A stretch of 64,000 bases of DNA, from NCBI GenBank assembly GCA_045579965.1, contig JAZNMX010000036.1, positions 90,389-154,388 of the forward strand, read 5' to 3'. This document shows positions 51,240-61,374 of this stretch, in pieces. A program made the translations under genes and the position numbers. Every line of letters begins with the position of its first letter. The stretch's first letter is position 1. Source of the DNA: Faecousia sp. Lineage in GTDB: Bacteria; Bacillota; Clostridia; Oscillospirales; Oscillospiraceae. Below the pieces are notes generated by a model, which was not told the DNA's origin, did no database searches, and saw nothing but the letters and a program-made list of their open reading frames with translations.

Positions 51240-52934
51240 ATGAATTATTTGGAAAACTACGCATTTTGGTGCAACGCCGGCCTGCCGGAAGATGTTCAGG
51301 CAGAGCTAAACTCCCTTGCAGGCAATGATGAGGAGCTGAAAGGTCGCTTCGGAAGCGACTTGCAGTTCGGCACTGCCGGTATGCGGGGGATTATGGGCGC
51401 AGGAAGTAACCGCCTGAACCGATACACCGTTCGCAGAGCCGCTCAGGGTATGGCAGCCTGGCTCGCCGGTACGGATTTGCCCCAGAAGGCTGCCATCGGC
51501 TATGATTCCCGTCATAACTCCCAGCTGTTTGCTGAGGTTTGCGCGGTTGCCTTTGCCGAGGCAGGTATTGATGTATGGCTTTATGATCGGCTGGCCCCAA
51601 CCCCCATGCTGTCCTATGCGGTACGGTCTTTGGGCTGCGGCTGCGGTATTGTGATTTCCGCCAGCCATAATGCGGGCGCTTATAACGGCGTTAAGTGCTA
51701 CGGACCGGACGGCTGCCAGATGACCGATGAGCCCGCCGCGGTTGTGACGGAGAAAATCAGCACCATTCCGTATTTCATTCCCGAGAGCAAGTCTTTCTCC
51801 GCATTTATGGCAGAGGGAAGAATTCATTACATAGGCCAGGAAGTGTGGAACGGCTACTACAATACCGTCCTTGCCGAGGCAGTAGAGCCGGAAATGGTGG
51901 CAAAAGCCGGGCTGAACGTGGTTTATACGCCGCTATGCGGCACGGGAAATGAGCCCGTTCGTCATATTCTTTCCAAGCTTGGCGTGAATGTTGCCGTGGT
52001 TTCCTGCCAGGAAAAGCCGGACGGTGATTTTAAGACCTGCGAATATCCCAACCCGGAAACCGACGCCGCTCTGAATGAAAGCTACAAGGTAGCCTGCGCA
52101 GTACCCTGCGACGTAATTCTGGGCACTGACCCGGACGCAGACCGGGTGGCCATCGCTGTTCCCGACGGTGAGGGTTTCCGCAAGCTTTCCGGAAACGAGC
52201 TTGGCTGCCTGCTGTTGGACTACATTTTGAAAGCACGCACCGCAAGAGGAGATTTACCCCAGGGCGCTGAGGTGATTCGCAGCATCGTTTCTTCCCCCTT
52301 GGCTGACCGGGTTGCCCAGCATTACGGCGTAGAAATGAAAGCAGTACTTACCGGGTTTAAGTACATCGGCGGTGAAATCCTTCGTCTGGAGAACCTGAGT
52401 GAAGAAAACAAATTCATCTTTGGCTTTGAAGAAAGCTGCGGTTATCTGAAGGGCACCTACGCCCGGGATAAGGATGCCGTGGTTGCCTCCATGCTGGTGT
52501 GCGAAATGGCAGCCAGCCTGAAGCTTGCCGGCAAGACCATTCTGGACGCGCTGGAGGCGCTGTATGCCACCCACGGTTATTATCTCGCCCATGTTCAGAG
52601 CATCGAGTTAACCGGCGCAGACGCCATGCAGAAGGCTGCTGATATGATGGCAAACCTCCGCGCCCAGGTTCCGGAGTCCATCGGCGGCGCACAGGTTACC
52701 GAAGTCAGGGATTACCAAAGCCGCACCGCCAAAAACCTCCTTACCAGAGAAGAATCCGAAATCCAGTTGCCCAAATCCAATGTACTGGAATTTATTCTGG
52801 GTGAGCAGGGAAGTGTCATCGCACGTCCTTCCGGAACAGAGCCCAAGGTCAAGTTCTATTACACCGCAGTGGGCGAAAACGAGACCGCAGCCCAGGCGCT
52901 GCTGGATGCCTGTAAGAAACAGATGTCTGAATAA
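51240..52934 (+). CDS. pgm: Phosphoglucomutase/phosphomannomutase
   Basis: FGTAGMRG, SASHN, DPDADR, FEES, RPSGTEPK. Confidence 0.93.
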   Translation: MNYLENYAFWCNAGLPEDVQAELNSLAGNDEELKGRFGSDLQFGTAGMRGIMGAGSNRLNRYTVRRAAQGMAAWLAGTDLPQKAAIGYDSRHNSQLFAEVCAVAFAEAGIDVWLYDRLAPTPMLSYAVRSLGCGCGIVISASHNAGAYNGVKCYGPDGCQMTDEPAAVVTEKISTIPYFIPESKSFSAFMAEGRIHYIGQEVWNGYYNTVLAEAVEPEMVAKAGLNVVYTPLCGTGNEPVRHILSKLGVNVAVVSCQEKPDGDFKTCEYPNPETDAALNESYKVACAVPCDVILGTDPDADRVAIAVPDGEGFRKLSGNELGCLLLDYILKARTARGDLPQGAEVIRSIVSSPLADRVAQHYGVEMKAVLTGFKYIGGEILRLENLSEENKFIFGFEESCGYLKGTYARDKDAVVASMLVCEMAASLKLAGKTILDALEALYATHGYYLAHVQSIELTGADAMQKAADMMANLRAQVPESIGGAQVTEVRDYQSRTAKNLLTREESEIQLPKSNVLEFILGEQGSVIARPSGTEPKVKFYYTAVGENETAAQALLDACKKQMSE

Positions 52935-53019
52935 TCTGCCGTGATCAGAACCGGAGCAATTTGCTCCGGTTCTATTTTTATGCCCCATTTCATAGCTTGT
53001 AGGGAAAGGGGAGAGGGGA

Positions 53020-53442
53020 ATGGGTAAAATTCCAATGGGAAAATCGGTATCCATGCCGGCAGGAATCGCCATGGGTACAAGCCTTGCCGTAATCACAACT
53101 GTGGGGGGTGCTGCCATTATGGCAAGCCTCATAGGAAATGAGAGTATTCCGGAAAACGCAATGAAAACGGGGTGTATGCTGATTCATTTTTTGTCCGCTG
53201 CATTGGGCTCGCTTTTGTCAGCTGCGGTCACGAAACAAAAGAGGCTGCCGGTTTGCATAATCACAGCTGCTGCCTATTTCGGTATATTGCTGGCAATGAC
53301 AGCGCTTTTATTTGAGGGGCAGTATCAGGGTGTTTGGCTTACCGCGCTGATTATATTTGCAGGTGGAGGGGCAGCTGTATTACCTGCCTTTATTCGCAAG
53401 GGCAGTGGAGGAAGGATCAAGAAATTACGCCCTATCCGTTAA
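53020..53442 (+). CDS. Four-TM membrane protein resembling TIGR04086 family
   Basis: Four hydrophobic segments, K/R-rich tail; family resemblance from memory. Confidence 0.6.
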   Translation: MGKIPMGKSVSMPAGIAMGTSLAVITTVGGAAIMASLIGNESIPENAMKTGCMLIHFLSAALGSLLSAAVTKQKRLPVCIITAAAYFGILLAMTALLFEGQYQGVWLTALIIFAGGGAAVLPAFIRKGSGGRIKKLRPIR

Positions 53443-53792
53443 GTTGTACAAATTCACCAAGTGGGCAGAATCTCACTGTCCACCTGGTGAGGACTGCAGG
53501 AAATCCTGCAAAACCCATATTTGGTGTTTTTCGTCAGATGTAACACGCAACATCTGGACAAATAGTTGAAAATGATAAATATAACAAGAGTGTTAGTTGC
53601 TTTGGTTGACATAACGATGTTAACATAAAAATCAGCACAATTCACAAAAATCGTAGAAATAGACAAATCTGCTTGCTTTTTCATAGATTTGGGAGTATAG
53701 TATTCATACAATGTGAATATATGGGGCTTCTGTGCGCTTTTTTGATCCCTCTCCCGCTACATAATATTTGTTACATTGGGAGGATATGGGAT

Positions 53793-54314
53793 ATGCACAA
53801 AACAAGGCTATTAAAATTCCCTCTGCAACTGTCATCCCGTAGGGTACAGTTTTGCCTGATATGGATTCTGGGCTTGTTGCTTGGAGCCCTCTTTGCCGCA
53901 GGATCGGAACCTTCTTTTGCTTGGATGCGCCTGGCTGCTCAGCAGCGGGTGTCGATCGTGTTTTTCTGGATCCTTGCGGTTTTCCCATTTTTGATTGTTG
54001 CTTATGCGAGTACTGTCAGAAGGCAGGAAATCCTTTTGGTTTTCTGTTTCTGTCACGCATTTCTTACTGCTTATCTAAGCTTTACCCTTTGCAGCGTGTT
54101 TGGTTCAGCCGGTTGGCTTTTGGAGCCGATGTTTCTGTTATCTCATTATCTATGTCTTCCGGTTTTGTGCTGGTTTACTTTTCGCCATCTGGAGCATAGG
54201 AAGGATACATTGGTTCGCGACCATATCATCTGCCTTGCAATCGCACTCATATCAGCAACATTTCAGTATTTTACAGTTACGCCATATTTGACGAAGCTGG
54301 TTTTTATTTCTTAG
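53793..54314 (+). CDS. SpoIIM-like membrane protein
   Basis: Multi-TM; GGAGG RBS; immediately upstream of xerD as spoIIM usually is. Confidence 0.55.
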   Translation: MHKTRLLKFPLQLSSRRVQFCLIWILGLLLGALFAAGSEPSFAWMRLAAQQRVSIVFFWILAVFPFLIVAYASTVRRQEILLVFCFCHAFLTAYLSFTLCSVFGSAGWLLEPMFLLSHYLCLPVLCWFTFRHLEHRKDTLVRDHIICLAIALISATFQYFTVTPYLTKLVFIS

Positions 54315-54331
54315 GGAAGGTACTATTATTC

Positions 54332-55216
54332 ATGTTGGACTTGACGCAGGCTTATAAGAATTACCTGACAAAGGTAAAGCAAGCCTCTTCCAACACCATC
54401 GCCTCTTACATGCGCGACATTCAGCAGTATGCGCAGTGGCTCAAGGAGTCAGAGGAAACCGATGTTGTGGAGGCAACACAATTGCATATCAGCCGGTATC
54501 TGTCCAATTTGGAAACAGAGGGCCGTTCTGCTGCCACAGTTTCCCGGAATCTGGCCAGCCTGAAGAACTTCTATGCCTACCTGGTTTCCTCCGGTTTTCT
54601 GGAGAAATCTCCCGTTGTGGATATTCATGTGGACAGGGGAGAGAAGAAGCTTCCCCAAATTCTCACCGGACGGGAAATCGAGCTTCTGCTCGCCCAGCCG
54701 GTTTGTGTGGATGCCAAAGGTTTCCGTGACAAGGCTATGCTGGAAGTTATGTATGCCACCGGAATTCGTGTCACCGAGCTGATTGAACTGGATGTGGATG
54801 ATGTGAACCTGGAGCTGGGCATTATCAAATGTTCCGGTGCCAAGAAATCCCGGTCCATTCCGCTGTATCCCGCTGCGCTGAAGGCACTGAGCATGTATCT
54901 GAAGGACATCCGCAACGTTATGGTGGTTGACCCGGAGGAGCAGGCGCTGTTTGTCAATGTTGGCGGCTCCCGCATGAGTCGGCAGGGCTTCTGGAAGATC
55001 CTGAAGCACTACCAGACAACTGCCCGCATCGATAAGGAAATTACCCCCCATACTTTGCGCCACAGCTTTGCTGTCCACCTTCTGGAAAACGGTGCCGATC
55101 TGGGTTCTTTGCAGGAACTGATGGGCCACAGCGATATTTCTTCTACCCAGCTGTATACCCAAATGGTCAATCATAAGCTGAAATCTGTTTACGAAAAATG
55201 CCATCCGAAAGCATAA
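54332..55216 (+). CDS. xerD: Tyrosine recombinase XerD
   Basis: YATGIRVTE, SRQGFWK, TPHTLRHSFA, GHSDISSTQLY. Confidence 0.9.
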   Translation: MLDLTQAYKNYLTKVKQASSNTIASYMRDIQQYAQWLKESEETDVVEATQLHISRYLSNLETEGRSAATVSRNLASLKNFYAYLVSSGFLEKSPVVDIHVDRGEKKLPQILTGREIELLLAQPVCVDAKGFRDKAMLEVMYATGIRVTELIELDVDDVNLELGIIKCSGAKKSRSIPLYPAALKALSMYLKDIRNVMVVDPEEQALFVNVGGSRMSRQGFWKILKHYQTTARIDKEITPHTLRHSFAVHLLENGADLGSLQELMGHSDISSTQLYTQMVNHKLKSVYEKCHPKA

Positions 55217-55269
55217 AAAAGGTCTGCCGAACGAATCTTCGACAGACCTTTTTTCTTATGTATTTTGGA

Positions 55270-56241
55270 TTAAATGCCGGTCATGGCAGTCAGAACTTCC
55301 ACTTCCATAGACTGAATGCTGCGGGTCATGTTCAGACCCTCGTCAATGTCTACATCGGTAAATCCGCCTCCCTGGGTGCAAACCACCCGGTTGGTCTTAC
55401 CCTGAAGCAGCAGCTCTACCGCAAGATAGCCCATTTTGGTGGCGTTGACACGATCCCGGCCGTTGGGGCAGCCACCCCGCTGAATGTGGCCGAGAACCGT
55501 CACCCGGGGATCCAGCTCAATAGCCTCCTTAATCTTGGCAGCTACTTCCGTGGCAGAGCCGGCACCCTCCGCGACCACAATCATATAGTGGGTAAAGCCG
55601 TTGAATCGGGCCTGGCGAATTTTTTCCACCACATCCCGTTCGAAATCAATGGGCTTCTCCGGTACCAGCACGGCTGTTGCACCAACGGCAAGACCCACAT
55701 ACATAGCAAGATACCCGGCATTTCTGCCCATAACCTCCACCACGGAGCAACGCTCGTGGGACTGCATGGTATCCCGCAGCTTATCGATGCAGGAAATAGC
55801 CGTATTGGCTGCGGTATCAAAGCCGATGCTGTAGTTGGTGCACACGATGTCATTATCAATGGTAGCCGGAATGGCAATCACATTGATACCGTGTCTGCTG
55901 AGCGCCTGGGCGCCTCGGAAAGTGCCGTCGCCGCCGATAGCCACAATTCCGTCCAGCCCCAGGAATTTGCAGGTAGAAACCGCCTTGCGCTGACCTTCCT
56001 CGGTCATAAATTCCTTGCTGCGAGCCGTGTAAAGAATGGTGCCGCCACGATTGATAATATGTCCGACACTCTTTTCATCCAGGCGAATAATGTCACCGGA
56101 AATGAGGCCGTTGTAGCCGCGGCGTATGCCATAGCATTCTACATTGTGAAAAATCGCGGTACGGACAACCGCGCGGACAGCCGCATTCATTCCGGGCGCA
56201 TCGCCGCCGCTGGTAAGTACACCGATTCTTTTTACGCTCAT
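55270..56241 (-). CDS. pfkA: 6-phosphofructokinase
   Basis: TSGGDAPGMNAA, GGDGT, TIDND, EVMGR, LGHIQRGG. Confidence 0.97.
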   Translation of the reverse strand: MSVKRIGVLTSGGDAPGMNAAVRAVVRTAIFHNVECYGIRRGYNGLISGDIIRLDEKSVGHIINRGGTILYTARSKEFMTEEGQRKAVSTCKFLGLDGIVAIGGDGTFRGAQALSRHGINVIAIPATIDNDIVCTNYSIGFDTAANTAISCIDKLRDTMQSHERCSVVEVMGRNAGYLAMYVGLAVGATAVLVPEKPIDFERDVVEKIRQARFNGFTHYMIVVAEGAGSATEVAAKIKEAIELDPRVTVLGHIQRGGCPNGRDRVNATKMGYLAVELLLQGKTNRVVCTQGGGFTDVDIDEGLNMTRSIQSMEVEVLTAMTGI

Positions 56242-56272
56242 ATTTGTTTCCTCCGGACCTTTGAAGGGAATA

Positions 56273-56881
56273 TTATTCCATATTTTTAATCAAATCTACG
56301 ATGATTTCGGCAGCCTTCTCCACGCCAACCGTGGCAGTATTCAGGCAAATATCATAAAGCTGGGCATCGCCCCAGGTTCTGCCGGTGTAATGCTGATAAT
56401 TGACCTTGCGGCGCTTATCTTTTTCCTGAAGACGGGCTTCGGGAGTCTTCTCCGATTCGCCGTAGAGGCGAACAATCCGATCGGCGCGGAAATCTTTATC
56501 CGCATAAATATAGGCATGGAAAACATCATCCCGATCCTTCAGGATGTAGTCGGCATTCCGTCCGACAATGACGCAGGGACCCTGATCCGCAATCTGCAGA
56601 ATGCTGCTGCACTGGATATTCCAGAGAAAATCCGCAGTAGACAGCCCGTTCATCACACCGGGAACACCGTGGGCGGCAAAGGCGTAAGCGAAAATGGATT
56701 TACCGGGGGCATGCTCGCCGTGTTCCTCAACAAAATGGGGGGCGAAGCCGGATTCCAGCGCAATGTGCTCGACCAGCTCCTTGTCGTAAAAGGGAATCCC
56801 CAGTTTTTCTGCCACAAGATGACCTACGGTTCGTCCGCCGCTGCCAAATTGACGGCTGATAGTAATGATATTCTTCTTCAT
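56273..56881 (-). CDS. Cytidylate kinase-like family protein
   Basis: ISRQFGSGG, VIVGRNADYIL, YDICLN. Confidence 0.88.
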   Translation of the reverse strand: MKKNIITISRQFGSGGRTVGHLVAEKLGIPFYDKELVEHIALESGFAPHFVEEHGEHAPGKSIFAYAFAAHGVPGVMNGLSTADFLWNIQCSSILQIADQGPCVIVGRNADYILKDRDDVFHAYIYADKDFRADRIVRLYGESEKTPEARLQEKDKRRKVNYQHYTGRTWGDAQLYDICLNTATVGVEKAAEIIVDLIKNME

Positions 56882-57049
56882 AACAGTTGCCCTCCTTGTA
56901 TTTTTTCTTTATTATACCATCTAGAAATCCGATTGTCAAAGGGGGAGATGGGCACATTCTCTCAAAATGACCGCCACTCAAGGAAATTTGTCATTTCAGT
57001 GTTGACAAACACAAAATATTGTGTATACTAGTGTCATAAAAGAATATAT

Positions 57050-57220
57050 CCCTGTGAAGCCCCTCGGGAAAGCAGCATAGCTCGCCGAAGGATTAACAGT
57101 CTCAGGTATCCCGTTACGGGATGGGACCGAAGGGCAGAGGACTCTCTGGAGAACACATTCAGTTGTGTGCCGAAGGTGCAAGGCAATTCGCCGAATCTCT
57201 CAGGCAAACGGACAGAGATG
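57050..57220 (+). promoter_or_regulatory. Tandem glycine riboswitch
   Basis: Two aptamers each with GCCGAAGG...CTCAGG; second has CTCTGGAGA...GACAGAG; TTGACA-16-TATACT promoter at 57002-57029. Confidence 0.88.
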
Positions 57221-57249
57221 CTGAAGGTGGCCGTACTATGGCCTTTTTG

Positions 57250-57282
57250 GGCAGTCCTCAGTAGGGGATTGCCTTTATTTTT
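57250..57282 (+). terminator. Riboswitch expression-platform terminator
   Basis: GGCAGTCCTC-AGTA-GGGGATTGCC plus TTTATTTTT before the glyA RBS. Confidence 0.75.
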
Positions 57283-57302
57283 ATGAAAAGAGGGAATTTT
57301 GT

Positions 57303-58556
57303 ATGTACGGAAAGCCTATTGACAGTATCGGATTTGTAAACCAGTTTGACAGCGAAGTCGCCCAGATGATGGGACGGGAGTTTACCCGTCAGCAGGACGG
57401 TTTGGAGCTGATTGCTTCGGAAAACTTTGCATCTCCTGCAGTAATCGCTGCCATGGGCTCGATTTTGACCAATAAATATGCAGAGGGTTTGCCCGGTAAG
57501 CGGTATTACGGCGGCTGTCAGTTTGTTGACGAACTGGAGAGCCTTTGTATTCAGCGCGCCAAGGATTTGTTCGGTGCAGAATTTGCCAATGTACAGCCCC
57601 ACTCTGGCGCTCAGGCAAATATGGCCGTGCAGCTGGCTCTGCTTCAGCCCGGTGACACCATGATGGGCATGAGCCTTGCCAACGGCGGCCATCTGTGCCA
57701 CGGCAGCCCTGCCAACCTCTCCGGCAAGTACTACAATGTGGTTTCTTACGATGTCAATCACGAAACCGGTTTCATTGACTACGACGAAATCCGGGATATG
57801 GCGAAAAAGTGCAATCCCAAGCTGATCATCGCCGGCGCTTCTGCCTACCCCAGAGCCATTGACTTTTCCATTTTTGCCGACATTGCCCACGAGGTGGGTG
57901 CTGTGCTGATGGTAGACATGGCTCACATTGCCGGTCTGGTTGCCGGCGGCGCACATCTGAGCCCCATTCCTTATGCCGACATTGTTACAACCACCACCCA
58001 TAAGACCCTGCGCGGCCCCAGAGGCGGCTTGATTATGGGCAGGGAAGAATACGCCAAGAAGATCAATTCCGCCGTGTTCCCAGGCACCCAGGGCGGCCCT
58101 CTGGAGCATGTGATTGCTGCAAAGGCCGTTTGTCTGAAGGAGGCTATGAGCGACAGCTTTAAGACCTATGCCAAGAATGTGGTTGCTAACGCCAAGGTGA
58201 TGGCAGATGCTTTGCTGGCTGAAGGTTTTGACCTGGTAACCGGCGGCACAGACAATCACTTGATGCTGGCTGACCTGCGCCCCATGTCCATCACCGGCAA
58301 GGAACTGCAGCTGCGCTGCGACGAAAACCACATCACCTTGAATAAGAACGCCATTCCCGGCGACCCTGAAAAGCCCTCCATCACCAGCGGCGTCCGGATC
58401 GGCACAGCCGCTGTCACCACCCGTGGTTTGGGCGCAGAGGAGATGAAGCGGATCGCCCATTGCATTGCGCTGACCGCCAAGGATTTTGAAGGCACGCAGG
58501 CTGAGGTTCGCGCTACTGTTGCTGACATCTGCAATCAGTTCCCGCTGTACAAGTAA
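57303..58556 (+). CDS. glyA: Serine hydroxymethyltransferase
   Basis: [33 protein letters not shown]. Confidence 0.98.
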   Translation: MYGKPIDSIGFVNQFDSEVAQMMGREFTRQQDGLELIASENFASPAVIAAMGSILTNKYAEGLPGKRYYGGCQFVDELESLCIQRAKDLFGAEFANVQPHSGAQANMAVQLALLQPGDTMMGMSLANGGHLCHGSPANLSGKYYNVVSYDVNHETGFIDYDEIRDMAKKCNPKLIIAGASAYPRAIDFSIFADIAHEVGAVLMVDMAHIAGLVAGGAHLSPIPYADIVTTTTHKTLRGPRGGLIMGREEYAKKINSAVFPGTQGGPLEHVIAAKAVCLKEAMSDSFKTYAKNVVANAKVMADALLAEGFDLVTGGTDNHLMLADLRPMSITGKELQLRCDENHITLNKNAIPGDPEKPSITSGVRIGTAAVTTRGLGAEEMKRIAHCIALTAKDFEGTQAEVRATVADICNQFPLYK

Positions 58557-58594
58557 AGAGAAAACCGGCACCCGATGGGGTGCCGGTTCTTTGA

Positions 58595-60526
58595 TTAACT
58601 CAGCTTGATGCCGACAACCCGCTGTCCACGGGTGCCTACCACCAGCATATCCTTGTAAACAGCAGGGGAGGCCTCCACATTGCTTCCCACGGAAATCTTG
58701 GAGAGCTCCTCGCCGGTCTGGCTGTCGTACATATGAATCCGTCCGCCAGAGTCACAAAGAATGACATGCGCCGTTCCATCTTCGCCGTATACGGCAACGG
58801 GGGAGCTCCATGCATAGTTGTTCAGGGAGGTTTCCCAGAGAACATTGCCGGTAACCTTGTCAAGAGCTACCATTACGCCGCTGCTGTAGCCGGGGGTACG
58901 GGAAATGGAGAAAATCACCATGTTTCCGATTTCCGTTCCAACCTTGCCCAGAACAGGGGAGGACAGCGCACCGCCGGAGACACTTTCATCAAAGTAGACG
59001 TCCTCATAGGTCTTCTTCCAGACAAATTCACCGGTGGAGGCGTTGATCTTGTAGATATACACCGTGCCCTCGTTAAATTCCATAGAGGATGCGCCGTAGA
59101 GGTATCCTTCACCATCCTCGCCCCACTCAAAGCAGGGAGTGGCATTGGTATCATCGTAGACAAACTGGGCCCACTGAAGCTGCATGGTGTTGAGGTCCAC
59201 ACAGAACAGCATACCGCCGTTATCCGAGATGTAAATGTAATTTTCCACGATAATGGCGCTGCTTTCAAAGCCGATGGTATTTCCGGTGTTGGTGGTGTAA
59301 CGGGTCATAACCGGCTTGTCCGGAGTAACAGAGAGGGTACCGGCTGCTTTGTCATACTGGGTGTTCAGCTTAAAGGTATAGAGCAATCCGCTTTCGCCGG
59401 GCCAAATGAGGGTATCCGTCCGCACATCCACCAGAGGCGCAGAGTCAAAGGCAATCCAGCTTCTCTTTTTCAGCGGTTCATCGTTGCCACGCTCGTACAT
59501 AACGGTGCAGTCAATCAGATTGATGATATACATTCTGGGGACTTTGCCGTTGACGGTCTTGTCGCCGGAGCCTACATACAGAATGGGATAGCCTCTGGGA
59601 TCCAAAGAACCGGAGCCCTTGAATGCCATGCCCAGCTTCATGGGCTGACGGGTGTAGGTGCCATCATCTAAGTCGTAGAAATAGATATTTCCGTCCAAAG
59701 TGGCATAAATCACTTCAACCAAGCCCTCTTTGGCCTTTTTCTCGGGGTAAAGGTTCATAATTTGCTTGGTTTCCTCATCCCATTCCACAATCAAGGGCTG
59801 GCCGGTCCAGCCGGCGCCGGTCCATGCACCGCTGCCGCTGGGCTTGGTGATCGAGGAAATCTCCCGCTCCCAGACGGGAGTAAAGGTGTGCTGCTGAATG
59901 TCAACAGTGCCGAAAGAAGCACCGGTTCGGTAGTTATCGCCACGGAAAGAAGCGATACCGTTAAGAGCAAAATAAGGCTGCTTATTGGGATTGCCAAAAT
60001 CAATGTTGCCCTCGCGGTTAAAGGAATCCGTCACGGATTCATTCACGATAATATCCCAGTCCACCTTCCATTTGTTGGGGTTGGAATTGTCCGTCATGCC
60101 CACGTGCAGGGTAGGCTCGGGCTGAGTAGGGACGGTGACCTCCGTGGGCTGGGTCTGAGAGGGCTGGGTCGCATCAGAGCTGGGGTTTGTAGCATTGGAG
60201 GGCACAGTCATCTGGGTAGAGGGAGCGGTGGAAGGATTCTGCAGCAGCTGCCCCACCTGGCGGTAGCGCATACCGCACAAAACCGTACCTGCCAGAGCAA
60301 TAAGCGCAACACCGTATGCGCCAACAATCAGATAATAAAAGGACTGCTTGATTCTGCGGCGGCGGGAGCGGCTCTTTGCGGCCTTATTCAGCACATAGGT
60401 TAAGTATACGCTGATTATGACCGCAAGCAATGTAACCACAGCCAAAAGCGCCAGGCCCGTACCCATGGACGCGTAGCTGGCTTCCAGCTCCTGCACAGAA
60501 GCAAGGAGGGGAGTAAAGAGTTTCAT
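58595..60526 (-). CDS. Membrane-anchored PQQ-like beta-propeller repeat protein
   Basis: Two N-terminal TMs, P/T linker, repeated SSP...A.D..TG...W blades. Confidence 0.8.
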   Translation of the reverse strand: MKLFTPLLASVQELEASYASMGTGLALLAVVTLLAVIISVYLTYVLNKAAKSRSRRRRIKQSFYYLIVGAYGVALIALAGTVLCGMRYRQVGQLLQNPSTAPSTQMTVPSNATNPSSDATQPSQTQPTEVTVPTQPEPTLHVGMTDNSNPNKWKVDWDIIVNESVTDSFNREGNIDFGNPNKQPYFALNGIASFRGDNYRTGASFGTVDIQQHTFTPVWEREISSITKPSGSGAWTGAGWTGQPLIVEWDEETKQIMNLYPEKKAKEGLVEVIYATLDGNIYFYDLDDGTYTRQPMKLGMAFKGSGSLDPRGYPILYVGSGDKTVNGKVPRMYIINLIDCTVMYERGNDEPLKKRSWIAFDSAPLVDVRTDTLIWPGESGLLYTFKLNTQYDKAAGTLSVTPDKPVMTRYTTNTGNTIGFESSAIIVENYIYISDNGGMLFCVDLNTMQLQWAQFVYDDTNATPCFEWGEDGEGYLYGASSMEFNEGTVYIYKINASTGEFVWKKTYEDVYFDESVSGGALSSPVLGKVGTEIGNMVIFSISRTPGYSSGVMVALDKVTGNVLWETSLNNYAWSSPVAVYGEDGTAHVILCDSGGRIHMYDSQTGEELSKISVGSNVEASPAVYKDMLVVGTRGQRVVGIKLS

Positions 60527-60603
60527 AGTACACCTCCGTGTTAATGTTACCTATTATTATATCCGTTTTTCTCCGGTTTTGCAACATGGAACTTGATTAT
60601 TTG

Positions 60604-60632
60604 TTGACGGTATACTTAGGCGATGCTATAAT
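60604..60632 (+). promoter_or_regulatory. Near-consensus SigA promoter
   Basis: TTGACG-N17-TATAAT with TG extension. Confidence 0.75.
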
Positions 60633-60641
60633 GACGGATAG

Positions 60642-60737
60642 ACCGCAAACCTGATTATCATCGACGATATGGTTCATGTGAAGAAGGTCATTCTGGAAGG
60701 CGAACTGGCGGTGGAAGACGGCGAACTGTTGATCTAA
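60642..60737 (+). pseudogene. C-terminal remnant of an amidohydrolase (NagA-like)
   Basis: TANLIIIDDMVHVKKVILEGELAVEDGELLI-stop, preceded by in-frame TAG; resembles amidohydrolase C-terminal beta strands. Confidence 0.6.
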
Positions 60738-60743
60738 ATATCA

Positions 60744-60770
60744 AATGCCTCGGGGTAACCCGAGGCATTC
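60744..60770. terminator. Bidirectional terminator
   Basis: AATGCCTCGGG-GTAA-CCCGAGGCATT. Confidence 0.75.
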
Positions 60771-60774
60771 TTCC

Positions 60775-61371
60775 TTACATATCCATAGCCGGATTCATGC
60801 AGTATACATTCTTCTGATTCAGCTTTTGCCGCAGCTGCTCCATGGATTCACCAAAGCGCTGGAAGTGAACAACCTCCCGCTCCCGGAGGAATTTAATCAC
60901 ATCGTTTACATCCGGGTCGTCACTTAACCGCAGGATATTATCGTAGGTAACCCGTGCTTTTTGTTCTGCACCCATATCCTCTGTCAGGTCGGCAATGGGG
61001 TCGCCCTTAACCTGCATACTGGCAGCTGTCCAAGGAAAACCGGATGCTGCGGTGGGATGGACGCCGATGGTGTGGTCTACAAAATATTGAGCAAGCGGGG
61101 TGTTTTCAATATCCTTTTCCTTGAGGTTTCTGGTAAGCTGGTGGATGATAGCCGCCACCATCTCCAAATGCCCCAATTCTTCCACGCCAATGTCTGTCAG
61201 CAGACCCTTTTGCTCATCAAAGGGCATGCTGTAGCGCTGGGACAGATACCGCATGGATGCGCCCAATTCTCCGTCCGGACCGCCGTACTGGCTGATGATG
61301 ATGGATGCCAACCGGGGATTGGGCCGGGCAATTTTCACCGGGTATTGCAGCTTTTTCTGATAAATAAACAT
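60775..61371 (-). CDS. cotJC: Spore coat protein CotJC (Mn-catalase family)
   Basis: YQKKLQYPV, QYGGPDGEL, EELGHLE, REVVHFQRFGE. Confidence 0.94.
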   Translation of the reverse strand: MFIYQKKLQYPVKIARPNPRLASIIISQYGGPDGELGASMRYLSQRYSMPFDEQKGLLTDIGVEELGHLEMVAAIIHQLTRNLKEKDIENTPLAQYFVDHTIGVHPTAASGFPWTAASMQVKGDPIADLTEDMGAEQKARVTYDNILRLSDDPDVNDVIKFLREREVVHFQRFGESMEQLRQKLNQKNVYCMNPAMDM

Positions 61372-61374
61372 ACC

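Noticed and set aside
54332-55216. Tyrosine recombinase as a prophage or ICE integrase
   Set aside because: XerD-like length and motifs, housekeeping context, no att sites or mobile cargo nearby
55198-56289. Long antisense ORFs opposite pfkA, and likewise opposite recN, valS, ligA and glyA
   Set aside because: Expected reverse-frame shadows from codon bias; no RBS or domains
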